In this document: piece by piece, positions 9,063 through 18,035 of the stretch
How the letters are laid out: every line of letters begins with the position of its first letter
How positions within the stretch are numbered: the first letter of the stretch is position 1
Translations under genes and position numbers: made by a program
NCBI GenBank assembly: GCA_028818755.1
Contig: JAPPNF010000051.1
Span: 104 to 64,103 of the forward strand
DNA length: 64,000 nucleotides
Source of the DNA: Deltaproteobacteria bacterium
GTDB lineage: Bacteria > Desulfobacterota > Binatia > UBA9968 > JAJDTQ01
Reading direction: 5' to 3'
The notes under the pieces: generated by a model
Told to the model about the DNA's origin: nothing
What the model saw: only the letters and a program-made list of their open reading frames with translations
Database searches by the model: none

Positions 9063-9081
9063 CTTATAACTAGCTAATATA
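9063..9081. repeat. Right copy of the 19-bp direct repeat CTTATAACTAGCTAATATA
   Basis: Identical to 7760-7778. Lies 44 nt upstream of the lipoprotein gene start. Confidence 0.8.
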
Positions 9082-9124
9082 GCTTTGTTATTTGATAGTT
9101 TACTATGTCTCAAAACAAGTTCTA

Positions 9125-11041
9125 ATGTTGAAGAGTAAGATCGCGATGATCTTGGCGGCCGCCATGGTACTGGCAACGCTCTATGGCTGCTCGAGCGGCG
9201 TTAGCGACAGTACACATGACAGAGTTAAGGAGCAAGTGACGGAGCTGCAGGGGACGATTGACGCGATCGGTGCGGCTCTTGGCCTTCCTGCCGGCTCTAC
9301 TCAAGCGGCGATTCTGGCCGCCCTCACCACGGCGACCGCGGACCAGTTGGCGGCTATCAGGACCCAGCTTGAATTGGCCGACGACGCCGACTCTGCTGCC
9401 ATTGTCGCCGCCATAATGGGGCTGCAAGTGGAACCGTCGCCGCCGGCGTTTGTGGATCAGAGCGGCCTGCCGGACGACGTAATGAAAATGGCAGGTAGTG
9501 CCGACATCGCCGCGGGTGGATCTGCGACTATCGGCGAAGTGATGTACTCGTGCGCTGCTGGAGGCGAAGACTGCACCGTCATGGTGAACGAGGACGGTGC
9601 AGCGGTATCGACCGGCGGAACGGTTACGGCGGCGATCGCGCCAGCCTATACCACCCGGAAAGCCAATGAAGCTGAAGCCGAGAGAATCGCGATGGAGACG
9701 GCTGCGACGACTAGGGCGGCGTTGACCAAGGAGACGGCAATCACTGCAGAGCGCGGACAGACGACCGACGCCGGTCTCGGCGGCTCTGCGGTTACTGCCA
9801 CCGGCAATGCCGAAGGCGCATATAACGTCGTTATCGACCCCGACGAGATGACGGTCATGGTTAGAGTGGAAGGCGCCACCGACGACGACGACGAGAATTT
9901 CATGCTGGCCATGGATATGATGGACGGGCGCACCATGCACACCCGCACGCAGGATGCGGATTCTGACGGCAACGTGGTGCAAGAGACCGTGATCGTCGCC
10001 ACTGACCTCGAAGCGCCGGAGGCCGTGGCGTTCGACAAGTTCAAAGTCGTAGCTGCCGATGGAACGGAGACGACCCCTTACATGCTGAACGCCAGGGGTG
10101 ATGGAGTAACGGTGGACGCCGACAATCCGGCTGACGGCATAACTGTAGTAGATGCACATCTAACATCAACAGCCGCCGATCCCGGAGTGCTCAAAGCTGA
10201 CCGATTCAAGGCTCCGGACGGCACTGTCGGAACCGTCACCCTTCCTTTCCAACAGCCAGTAGAAGACGACGATACTACACCAGATGTGGATGAGAGCAGG
10301 GATGCCGCCCAAGTCATGGGTACATTAAACGGCGCCATGGGAGCGTTCCATTGTACCGGTGCTGCCGCTTGTACAGTCACCACCAATGCCAAAGGTGAAG
10401 TGACCGCCGTTTCGGCTAATAACTGGGTTTTCGTGCCCGCCGAGGGTGCCACCTCCGACCAGCCTGACTACGACTACCTGAACTACGGCTTCTGGCTGCA
10501 GAAGACGACGGACAAGGACGGCGTGGTCACCTACGACGAGGTCGAGACCTTCCAGGGTTCGAGGCTCAATGGAAGTGGCAGCGTTGCTAGTGTTACGGGA
10601 AGCGCGAAGTATGAGGGCGGCGCGGTTGGCGTGTACGTACACAAGACGTTCGCCGAAGATGGCACATCGAACGCCACATCCGGCCACTTCAAGGCGGACG
10701 CCAGCTTGACGGCGACCTTCGGGCAAGTGAACGACGACAACGGGCAGGGCACCATCGCGCCCAATATGCTGAACCGCTTGGAAGGTACAATCAACAAGTT
10801 CGTTCTCTCCGGCGGTGAAACACAGGGGTGGAGCGTGTCTCTTAGCGGCGCTATTGATACCGGTGCCGGGACAGCGGCCAGTGCCGCAGATAGTAACACT
10901 CCCTTCAGCGCAACCTTCTACGGGTCGACGGGTGCTGACAACACTACCAAGCCCAGTTCCGTGGCCGGCGAGTTCAATGCCGGCTTCAGCAACGGTTCGG
11001 TGGCGGGCGCCTTTGGCGCAGGTATGGTTGAGGACGAGTAG
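9125..11041 (+). CDS. Surface lipoprotein with a TbpB/fHbp/HpuA-like C-terminal beta-barrel domain (predicted Slam substrate)
   Basis: Signal peptide plus lipobox MLKSKIAMILAAAMVLATLYG|C. C-terminal ~190 aa carry the strand pattern of transferrin-binding-protein-like lipoproteins (YLNYGFW, GSAKYEGGAVGVY, ASLTATFG, LEGTINKF, FSATFYGS, VAGEFNAGF, GSVAGAFGA). Adjacent to a DUF560 gene. Confidence 0.7.
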   Translation: MLKSKIAMILAAAMVLATLYGCSSGVSDSTHDRVKEQVTELQGTIDAIGAALGLPAGSTQAAILAALTTATADQLAAIRTQLELADDADSAAIVAAIMGLQVEPSPPAFVDQSGLPDDVMKMAGSADIAAGGSATIGEVMYSCAAGGEDCTVMVNEDGAAVSTGGTVTAAIAPAYTTRKANEAEAERIAMETAATTRAALTKETAITAERGQTTDAGLGGSAVTATGNAEGAYNVVIDPDEMTVMVRVEGATDDDDENFMLAMDMMDGRTMHTRTQDADSDGNVVQETVIVATDLEAPEAVAFDKFKVVAADGTETTPYMLNARGDGVTVDADNPADGITVVDAHLTSTAADPGVLKADRFKAPDGTVGTVTLPFQQPVEDDDTTPDVDESRDAAQVMGTLNGAMGAFHCTGAAACTVTTNAKGEVTAVSANNWVFVPAEGATSDQPDYDYLNYGFWLQKTTDKDGVVTYDEVETFQGSRLNGSGSVASVTGSAKYEGGAVGVYVHKTFAEDGTSNATSGHFKADASLTATFGQVNDDNGQGTIAPNMLNRLEGTINKFVLSGGETQGWSVSLSGAIDTGAGTAASAADSNTPFSATFYGSTGADNTTKPSSVAGEFNAGFSNGSVAGAFGAGMVEDE

Positions 11042-11102
11042 ACCAAGTCGGCAGGTCCAGGCGCCTTCGATGGGGGCCTGACCTGTTGGCTCAACTTTCA
11101 GG

Positions 11103-11137
11103 AAGAGGGTGGCAGTGCTTGCCACCCTCTTTTTTGT
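11103..11137 (+). terminator. Rho-independent terminator after the lipoprotein gene
   Basis: 11-bp stem AAGAGGGTGGC / GCCACCCTCTT with a 7-nt loop, followed by TTTTTGT. Confidence 0.75.
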
Positions 11138-11219
11138 CTGCTGAATGCTTGTCAGTGGAATTCGAAGTTTGAGAGGGTTCCACTGTTGTAGGGACCCGGG
11201 CTTCGAACCGCACAATACA

Positions 11220-11257
11220 GAAAAGGGCAACCCATGTCGGGTTGCCCTTTTCTTTGT
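11220..11257 (+). terminator. Second rho-independent terminator-like hairpin
   Basis: 14-bp stem GAAAAGGGCAACCC / GGGTTGCCCTTTTC with loop ATGTC, followed by TTTGTG. Confidence 0.65.
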
Positions 11258-11309
11258 GCTACCATAAACCCATCCGTAATCCATCTCGAGTGAGGAAGAA
11301 CCTATCCGG

Positions 11310-12674
11310 ATGCTGGACCAACCCATTCTTCGTGTACCGGTACTGCTACTCTTGTTGTGGTTCATCGGGGTTCCTCGCGGTGTAGCGCAGGAGGTCGCCC
11401 CTTCCTTCGATTCCCGCGTGAAGGAAGCCCAGCAATTGTTGAAGGCGCAGAAGTTCGGAGAGGCGCTGCCCATACTGCGTGCGCTCACCGAGGCGCGGCC
11501 CGGGCGCAAGGACCTCGTGTTTCTGAAAGGGCTGACGGCGCTGCAAGTTTCGCAGCGGAGGAACGTACCGGCAGCCGCCCGGGAAGCGCTGCTGGACGAG
11601 GCCATCGCGTCTTTCCGCACCATGCTCATCGATCAACCCGGTCTGGTGCGCGTGCGCCTGGAGCTGGCCCGGGCCTTCTTCTACAAGGGCGAGGACGGGC
11701 TCTCGCGGGAGCACTTCGAGCGCGTGCTGGCGGGCAACCCGCCCGGGCCGGTGGTGGCCAACGTGCGGCAGTTCCTTCTCCGGATCCGCGCGCGCCGGCG
11801 CTGGAGCATGTACCTGGGCTTCGCGGCGGCGCCGGACACCAACATCGGCGGCGCCTCGGATGAACGGTTCATCTACATCTACGGATTGCCGTTTCGCCGG
11901 GACGCCGAGTCGCTGACCAAGTCGGGGATCGGGCTGTCGGTCTGGGGCGGGGGCGAGTACCAGCATCCATTGGGGGACCGGGTCCGGCTTCGTCTGGGAA
12001 TGAACGCGTCGCGGAACGAGTACTCGGGCGGAGAGTTCGACCGCATGCTGGTGGCGCTCCACGCGGGCCCGCGGGTGTTCGTGGGCCGGACCACGCAGTT
12101 CAGCATACTGGGCGACTGGCGTCACCAGTGGAATGCCAACGACCCCAACTACTTCGACCTCGGCGGCCGCGTGACGGCCGGCCACCGGTTCACCCGGCGT
12201 CTCACGGTCAACGGCAGCGCGTCATGGCACGACCGCCGGTATCGCACGCGGAAGTTCCTGGACGGCCCGGTGCGCAATTTCTCCCTTGGCGCCGGGTGGG
12301 TGCTCACGCCCACCATACGCCTGCATGCCACGGCCGGATACGGGCGCGACCGGCCGTTGAGCCTGAGATACCGCAACAAGAGCACCTGGTTTGAGACCGG
12401 AGTGTCCGTGGCTCTCCCCAAGGGGTTCACCGTGGGCACCAACGGCGGGATCCGGTGGACGGACTACGAGGCCCCCTGGTTCCCGCACACGGCCGAGGAC
12501 GAGGATCGCAAGGACAGGACCTACAGTCTACGGGCCTCGGTCCACAACCGCGCCCTCACCTTCTTCGGCTTCAGCCCGGAAGTGTCGTTGATTCACGAGG
12601 TCCGCAAGACCAACGCCCAGTTGTACGACTACAAGCGCACGGGCGGGGAGCTCCGCTTCGTGCGGCAGTTCTGA
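11310..12674 (+). CDS. Surface lipoprotein assembly modifier (Slam; TPR N-terminus plus DUF560 outer-membrane beta-barrel)
   Basis: Signal peptide, TPR-like N-terminal region (AQQLLKAQKFGEALPILRAL...), then the DUF560 pattern (VANVRQFLLRIRARRRWSMYLGFAAAPDTNIGGAS...) ending in the OMP-type terminus GGELRFVRQF. Confidence 0.75.
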   Translation: MLDQPILRVPVLLLLLWFIGVPRGVAQEVAPSFDSRVKEAQQLLKAQKFGEALPILRALTEARPGRKDLVFLKGLTALQVSQRRNVPAAAREALLDEAIASFRTMLIDQPGLVRVRLELARAFFYKGEDGLSREHFERVLAGNPPGPVVANVRQFLLRIRARRRWSMYLGFAAAPDTNIGGASDERFIYIYGLPFRRDAESLTKSGIGLSVWGGGEYQHPLGDRVRLRLGMNASRNEYSGGEFDRMLVALHAGPRVFVGRTTQFSILGDWRHQWNANDPNYFDLGGRVTAGHRFTRRLTVNGSASWHDRRYRTRKFLDGPVRNFSLGAGWVLTPTIRLHATAGYGRDRPLSLRYRNKSTWFETGVSVALPKGFTVGTNGGIRWTDYEAPWFPHTAEDEDRKDRTYSLRASVHNRALTFFGFSPEVSLIHEVRKTNAQLYDYKRTGGELRFVRQF

Positions 12675-12695
12675 ATAGGGGTAGCACCGGAAGGG

Positions 12696-15581
12696 TTGCC
12701 ATTGGCCGCACGCTCCGCCATCCGAGAAACCACTGCAGTCCTCCTGCTGGCCGCCCTGCTCGGATCCGCCGCGGTTGCGCGCGCGGAGAACGAATGCGGC
12801 CCTCCCGTCGCGGATCAGGAGATCGTCTGCTCGCCTTCGACCTACGATCCGGCGGACGGCAACATCTTCTACGGACCCGACGAGGCGAACGAGGGCGATT
12901 TCTCCATCCGGCTCACCAGGGGCCTCTCGATAAACTACGACAGCGGCAAACCCGGCGACGATTTCTATTTTGACGCCGACAACCCTGAAAACCGCCGCCT
13001 CAGCGCCGTCTGGGTCACGCCGCGCGACCACGAGTCCGGCTATACGGGCGACATCTCGCTCGTCTCCTACGCCGACATCATCTCGAGCGGGCGGGGGATT
13101 TCCGTCGGCCACTACGGGGCTTCGGGCGATCTGCGCATGGAGATAGGGGGAGGCTCCATCACGACGACGGGTGCTGATTCTTACGCCATCCACAACTATC
13201 ATGAGGGCGCGGGCGACACCCACCTCGTCGTCCGCGGCGTCACCATCCATACGGACGGGCCGAGGGCCTTCGCCACCATCTCCGGTAATTACGGAGAGGG
13301 CGACCTGAACATCGACGTTCGAAACGCCACGTTCGTCACCGCTGGACCCGTAAGTGACGCCGTTCTCGCAAGCAAGTCAGGCGAAGGCCACCTGCGGATC
13401 ACCGCGCGAGAGTTTTCCGTGGAAACGATGGGGGTCTTCAGCGGGGGCTTCTACGTGCGGCACGGTGGTTCGGGCGTCCTCGGCATCGAAGCGCGCGGCG
13501 GCGCCGTTTCGACGACAAGCTCTCGGAGCTACGGCATCGATGCGCTCCATTCAGGAGAAGGCGACATCCGGATAGGCGCGCGGGAGATCTCGATCGCCAC
13601 GGTGGGAGAAGATGCCGATGGCGTCAAGGGAGGGCATAGAGGCGCGGGCAACCTGAACGTCGATGCGCACGGCCTAGGCGTCGAAACCGCGGGAGAAGAA
13701 TCCGAGGGCGTCTTCGCCGATCATGAAGGCGCCGGCGACGTCAAGGTCGAAGTCCGGCGCTCCGAAATCGCTACAGTGGGCTTACAGGCCGAAGGCGTGT
13801 TCGCGCAGCACGAGGGCACGGGCCGGCTTGACGTCTCCCTGCGGGACCTCGACATCGCCACGGTGGGGAACCTGGCCGAGGGCGTCTTCGCCGCCCATGC
13901 GGGAGAGGGCGAAGGAAGCCTGGACGCGGGCGACGTCGCCATCGCCACGACGGGCGCGGAGGCCGATGCCATCATCGGAGGCCATACGGGCGCGGGCGAC
14001 TTCGATATCCGGGTCCGGGGCGGCAGCCTCTCGACCACGGGCGCGGGATCCCACGGCGTCTACGGCGTTCATAGAGGCGCGGGCGCGCTCCGTATCGACT
14101 TGCGGGACGTCTCCATCGATACGAGCGGAGCGGGGGCCGACGGCGTCGCGAGCGAGCACGACGGGTCGGGTCCGGTCCTCGTCGCGGTGGAGGGAGGCTC
14201 CATCCGCGCCGCCGGGACCGACGCGAGCGGCGTACGGATGGGCCGCCTGAACCAGAGCGGTATCGTGGAGTCCGCCGCTTCCGTGGGCGAGGACGGTTAC
14301 CGGAGCCAGACCGCGGCGGTGAACGGGCGCGTCTCCGGCGGCCCAGGCGAGGGTGCGGGAGTATTTCTCGCGGGGGGCGGCAGGGTCGTCATCGGGCCCG
14401 GGGCCCGCCTCGGGGCGGCGTCGGGAGTCGCGATACGCGCGGCGGGAGACGCGCCGAACCTGCGCGTCGACGTGATAGGCGGCCGCGCCGTCCCGGAACT
14501 GCTGGGCGCCGCCATCCTCAACAAGGGCGGCGACACCGTTCTCGCGGTCAACGGCGTGTCGCTCTATGAGAGCGCGAACGGCGGGCGGCTGGACGCCTGG
14601 GCGCCGAACGGGGCGCGCGACGTCGCGCTCGCCCAGGGCTTCACCGGGCTGGATTTCACCTCTCCCGAGGACTTCGTCTACCGCTACATGCCCCGCGCGG
14701 CCGTCTACGAGGCCCTGCCCGGTTTCCTCCTCAGGCTCGACGCCGCGGGACTCTCGGAAAAGCGCGCCGCATCGCCCGGCTCGCCCTTCTGGGCGAGGAT
14801 ATCGGGCGGCAGGGGTTCCTACGAGCCCGAACGATCGAGCGTGGGCGCGGAGTACGATTTCAGCCGCCTGGCGGCGGAGGCAGGTCTGGACGTCTCACTC
14901 GAAGAAGGCGCCACGGGTTCGGTTTCGGTGCGCAGGATCCGGGGTTCGGCGGACGTGGAATCGCCCGCCGGCGGCGGCAGGATCGAGGCGGAAGGGTACG
15001 GCGCAACGCTCGGCTTTTCCCTCGAGTGGCACGACGCCAACTACACGCGCGGACGCTGGTCGCTTGCGACATACTCCGCCGTTCTTTCGTCCAACGCCCT
15101 GGGCCGCCTCGGTTCGGACATCGGCGCGCACATGAACTCCCTGAACTTCGAAGCCGGCCGCCACATCGCAGTGACAGAGCAGATGCGGCTGACGCCCCGC
15201 GTCTGGATGGCGCGCACGGCGGTCAAGACCGCAAGATTCACCGACCCCGTGAACTCCCGTGTGTCCGCGGGCGACTCCACCCGTTTCGAGGGCGGTCTGG
15301 GCGTCGTCGCGGAGACGGCGGGCGCGCGGGACTGGCGGGGCGGGGCGCTCTCCCTGCGCGGGTCGCTGGACTTGGCGCAAACGCTCGGCGGAGGGGAGAC
15401 GGGCATGGACGTGTCGGGCCGGACGCTCCGATCGGAACCTCCCGAAACCCGTCTCCTCCTGGGGCTGGGCGGGACGTACCGGAAGAGCGTCTTCTCGATC
15501 GGAGCGGAGATCTCGGCGGCCGGCCTCGTCTCGGGCGATTCGCAATATTCGGGTCGGGTCACTCTCGGGTGGAAGTTCTAG
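12696..15581 (+). CDS. Classical (type Va) autotransporter with a repetitive beta-helix passenger
   Basis: Signal peptide ...LLLAALLGSAAVARA. More than 10 degenerate repeats of the type HxGxGDhxhxhxxxxIxTxGxxAxGV. C-terminal autotransporter beta-domain (WARISGGRGSYEPE...AEAGLDVSL...) ending in GRVTLGWKF. Start codon (TTG 12696) is uncertain. Confidence 0.8.
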   Translation: MPLAARSAIRETTAVLLLAALLGSAAVARAENECGPPVADQEIVCSPSTYDPADGNIFYGPDEANEGDFSIRLTRGLSINYDSGKPGDDFYFDADNPENRRLSAVWVTPRDHESGYTGDISLVSYADIISSGRGISVGHYGASGDLRMEIGGGSITTTGADSYAIHNYHEGAGDTHLVVRGVTIHTDGPRAFATISGNYGEGDLNIDVRNATFVTAGPVSDAVLASKSGEGHLRITAREFSVETMGVFSGGFYVRHGGSGVLGIEARGGAVSTTSSRSYGIDALHSGEGDIRIGAREISIATVGEDADGVKGGHRGAGNLNVDAHGLGVETAGEESEGVFADHEGAGDVKVEVRRSEIATVGLQAEGVFAQHEGTGRLDVSLRDLDIATVGNLAEGVFAAHAGEGEGSLDAGDVAIATTGAEADAIIGGHTGAGDFDIRVRGGSLSTTGAGSHGVYGVHRGAGALRIDLRDVSIDTSGAGADGVASEHDGSGPVLVAVEGGSIRAAGTDASGVRMGRLNQSGIVESAASVGEDGYRSQTAAVNGRVSGGPGEGAGVFLAGGGRVVIGPGARLGAASGVAIRAAGDAPNLRVDVIGGRAVPELLGAAILNKGGDTVLAVNGVSLYESANGGRLDAWAPNGARDVALAQGFTGLDFTSPEDFVYRYMPRAAVYEALPGFLLRLDAAGLSEKRAASPGSPFWARISGGRGSYEPERSSVGAEYDFSRLAAEAGLDVSLEEGATGSVSVRRIRGSADVESPAGGGRIEAEGYGATLGFSLEWHDANYTRGRWSLATYSAVLSSNALGRLGSDIGAHMNSLNFEAGRHIAVTEQMRLTPRVWMARTAVKTARFTDPVNSRVSAGDSTRFEGGLGVVAETAGARDWRGGALSLRGSLDLAQTLGGGETGMDVSGRTLRSEPPETRLLLGLGGTYRKSVFSIGAEISAAGLVSGDSQYSGRVTLGWKF

Positions 15582-15613
15582 GACGGGCTGGACGCATCGA
15601 CGTTGGAGAACCC

Positions 15614-17998
15614 ATGAACCATCCGGCGCAACACTCGAAAACAGGGCTGGCCTCTGCGTGCGCCGTTTTCCTTTGCGCGTGCGCCTTGCTGGCGGGCTGC
15701 GGCGGAGGCGGTGGATCGTTGCCGCGTCCGCTGGCCGAGGCGATCCCCGAAGTCGCGCCGCCCGCGCGGCAACCCGAAACTCCCGAGCAACCCGAGCAAC
15801 CGCCTCCGTCCGCACCGACCGAGTGCATCACGCTTCACGACGGGACCTGCGTGCCCACCCCGGATTTCAACGACAGCGCGGCGCGGCTCGCCCAGGGATA
15901 CGCCGATCAACCGACGTTCAAGGCCCAGTGGGGCCTGGGAAGCATCGGCGCGGACCGGGCCTACGCCCACGTCAACCTGCTCGAGGGCGAGGACGCGGCG
16001 CCGGGTGCGGGCGTGACCATCGGCTTCATCGACACGGGCATCGACACCGACCACCCGATATTCGCGGGAAAGACGGTTACGGAAGTGCTCATGGGCGACG
16101 CCGTGGACGAGACGGGCGAGGCGCGGTCCTCTCACGGCACGGCCGTGGCAAGCGTCGCGGCGGGGATCCGGGATCAGGCTTTACACGAGATGGGCGGCCC
16201 CCAAGGCGTCGCGTGGGGCGCCGACATCGCCATGTTCGCGATTTCGCTGGGCCAGGGAGACGGCGTCTACAGACCCATTTCCTTGGAGGGCCTGCGCCAA
16301 TACGACGCCGAGACGGCGCGAGACTTCAACCAGGCGCTTTCGTGGCGCGACGGCGGGCGGCGCGTGGAAATCCTGAACCTGAGTTTCGGCGCCCAGGGCA
16401 TCATCGACGACTACGGCGAAGCCGGCCTTCGCGCGAATTTCTCGGAGTCCATCGCCGCGATGGCGCAGGCCGGAGTCGCCGACAAGGCGATCCTCGTCTG
16501 GGCGGCCGGCAACTCCAACGGAAACGAGTGCGATACGTCCATACCCAACTGCGAGACCGGCACGCTCAACGCGGTATCGACCGATGTGATGTCGGGCCTG
16601 CCCGTGCGCATGCCGGAGTTGAGAGGCCATGTCATCACCGTCGTGGCGCTCAAGCCGAACGACGAGGCGGGGTTGAAGTCGAGCGGCGCGACCATCGCCT
16701 CCTTTTCCAACCGCTGCGGCCTCGCGGCGGATTTCTGCATCGCCGCGCCCGGCGATGACGTCCGCGTCGCCTATTTCGGGCCTTCCGGCGGCGCTGCCGT
16801 ACGAGCCTTCGGCACCACCGGCGGGACGTCCGTCGCCGCGCCGATGGTGGCCGGCGGACTCGCCATCATGCGGCAACTCTTCCGTGATCAGCTTTCGAGC
16901 GAAGAACTCGTAACGCGCCTCTTCGAAACCGCCGACGATACCGGCGTCTATTCGGACAGGGCCATATACGGCCGTGGCAAGCTCGACCTCGCCGCCGCCA
17001 CTCACCCCGTGGGCGTCCTGGAAGTCCCCGTCGGCGCGAGCCGGATCGCGAGCGCCTACCAGGCGGGGCGCAACCTGAGCGGCACGCGCCTGAGCCTCGG
17101 CTCCGCGTTCGGCGGCGGGTTCGGCCGATCCGTCATGGGCCGCGAGGTGATGGCCATCGACGATCTGGGCGCGCCGTTCTGGTACCGGCTGGAGGATTTC
17201 GTCGCGCCGGCGAAGGGCCCGGCGGTGGATTCCAGGGTCCGGGGCTTCATGGCGGGTTCCTCCGGCGAATACCGAAAGTCCGGAGTGCGGCTCCGTGCGA
17301 CCTCCCTGGAGGCGGACGACGGACACCTCTCGCTCGCGGAAGGCGGCATCATGGGGACCTTGACGAACAGCAAGGGTCTTTCCGCCTCGGTCTTCGGCTC
17401 CCACCACGAACACGATGCGGTGGGCGGCGCGCTCGACTGGCGGCCGGAAGGCTCGCCGCTCAAGCTTCGCCTCGGCTGGATCAGCGAGGACGAAACCATC
17501 TTAGGCGGCAGGAGCCAGGGCGCCTTCGGTTCGCTGGCCGCGGACACCGCCTTCGTGCGCGTCGAGGGAGACATCGGTTTCGGCGGGTGGCGGCTCGGGG
17601 CCAACGCGGAATGGGGTAGCGTGCGGCCCAGGGCGCGGGGCGGACTCATCGACGGGATTTCGGCGATCTCCACCAGCGCGTTCGCCGTGCACGCGCGCAC
17701 CGCCGTGTCCGACAAGGACGTGCTTCGATTTTCCGTCTCCCAGCCCCTGCGCGTCGAGGACGGCCGCGCGTCTCTCACGCTGCCCGTGGCGCGGACCAAG
17801 TACGGAGCCGTCCAGGTCGCCTCCTTCGCACCCGACCTCGCGCCCGACGAGCGGCAGATAGACGTCTCCGCGACCTGGGAGAGGCCGCTGGTCCAGGGGC
17901 GGTTGCGCCTGGGCGTCATCTGGGGTCGGAACCCCGGCCACAGCGGGTCCGCCGATCCCAGCCTCACGTTCCTCGCGGGTTGGCGTCAGGCGTTCTGA
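15614..17998 (+). CDS. Lipidated subtilisin-like (S8) serine protease autotransporter, NalP/SphB1-like
   Basis: ATG at 15614 gives MNHPAQHSKTGLASACAVFLCACALLAG|CGGGG (lipobox LAGC). Catalytic triad motifs GFIDTGID, SHGTAVASVAAG, GTSVAAPMVAGG. C-terminal beta-domain ends FLAGWRQAF. The upstream part of ORF 15026-17998 overlaps the previous gene and is not used. Confidence 0.8.
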   Translation: MNHPAQHSKTGLASACAVFLCACALLAGCGGGGGSLPRPLAEAIPEVAPPARQPETPEQPEQPPPSAPTECITLHDGTCVPTPDFNDSAARLAQGYADQPTFKAQWGLGSIGADRAYAHVNLLEGEDAAPGAGVTIGFIDTGIDTDHPIFAGKTVTEVLMGDAVDETGEARSSHGTAVASVAAGIRDQALHEMGGPQGVAWGADIAMFAISLGQGDGVYRPISLEGLRQYDAETARDFNQALSWRDGGRRVEILNLSFGAQGIIDDYGEAGLRANFSESIAAMAQAGVADKAILVWAAGNSNGNECDTSIPNCETGTLNAVSTDVMSGLPVRMPELRGHVITVVALKPNDEAGLKSSGATIASFSNRCGLAADFCIAAPGDDVRVAYFGPSGGAAVRAFGTTGGTSVAAPMVAGGLAIMRQLFRDQLSSEELVTRLFETADDTGVYSDRAIYGRGKLDLAAATHPVGVLEVPVGASRIASAYQAGRNLSGTRLSLGSAFGGGFGRSVMGREVMAIDDLGAPFWYRLEDFVAPAKGPAVDSRVRGFMAGSSGEYRKSGVRLRATSLEADDGHLSLAEGGIMGTLTNSKGLSASVFGSHHEHDAVGGALDWRPEGSPLKLRLGWISEDETILGGRSQGAFGSLAADTAFVRVEGDIGFGGWRLGANAEWGSVRPRARGGLIDGISAISTSAFAVHARTAVSDKDVLRFSVSQPLRVEDGRASLTLPVARTKYGAVQVASFAPDLAPDERQIDVSATWERPLVQGRLRLGVIWGRNPGHSGSADPSLTFLAGWRQAF

Positions 17999-18035
17999 GT
18001 TGATTCGCGGCTTTGGAGCGGCTAGCCTTCACGTC

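Noticed and set aside
11110-11123. TGGCAGTGCTTGCC looked like a sigma-54 -24/-12 promoter (relevant because rpoN is in the window).
   Set aside because: The GG-to-GC spacing is two nt shorter than in the TGGCAC-N5-TTGC consensus, and the sequence is simply the loop and stem of the terminator hairpin.
11190-11215. GGGACCCGGGCTTCGAACCGCAC between the two terminators resembles a tRNA T-loop (TTCGAAC).
   Set aside because: There is no complementary T-stem on either strand and no cloverleaf.
15026-15613. N-terminal 196-codon extension of the S8 protease ORF.
   Set aside because: It overlaps the autotransporter CDS in another frame and is Arg/Gly-rich. A canonical lipoprotein signal peptide begins at the ATG at 15614.
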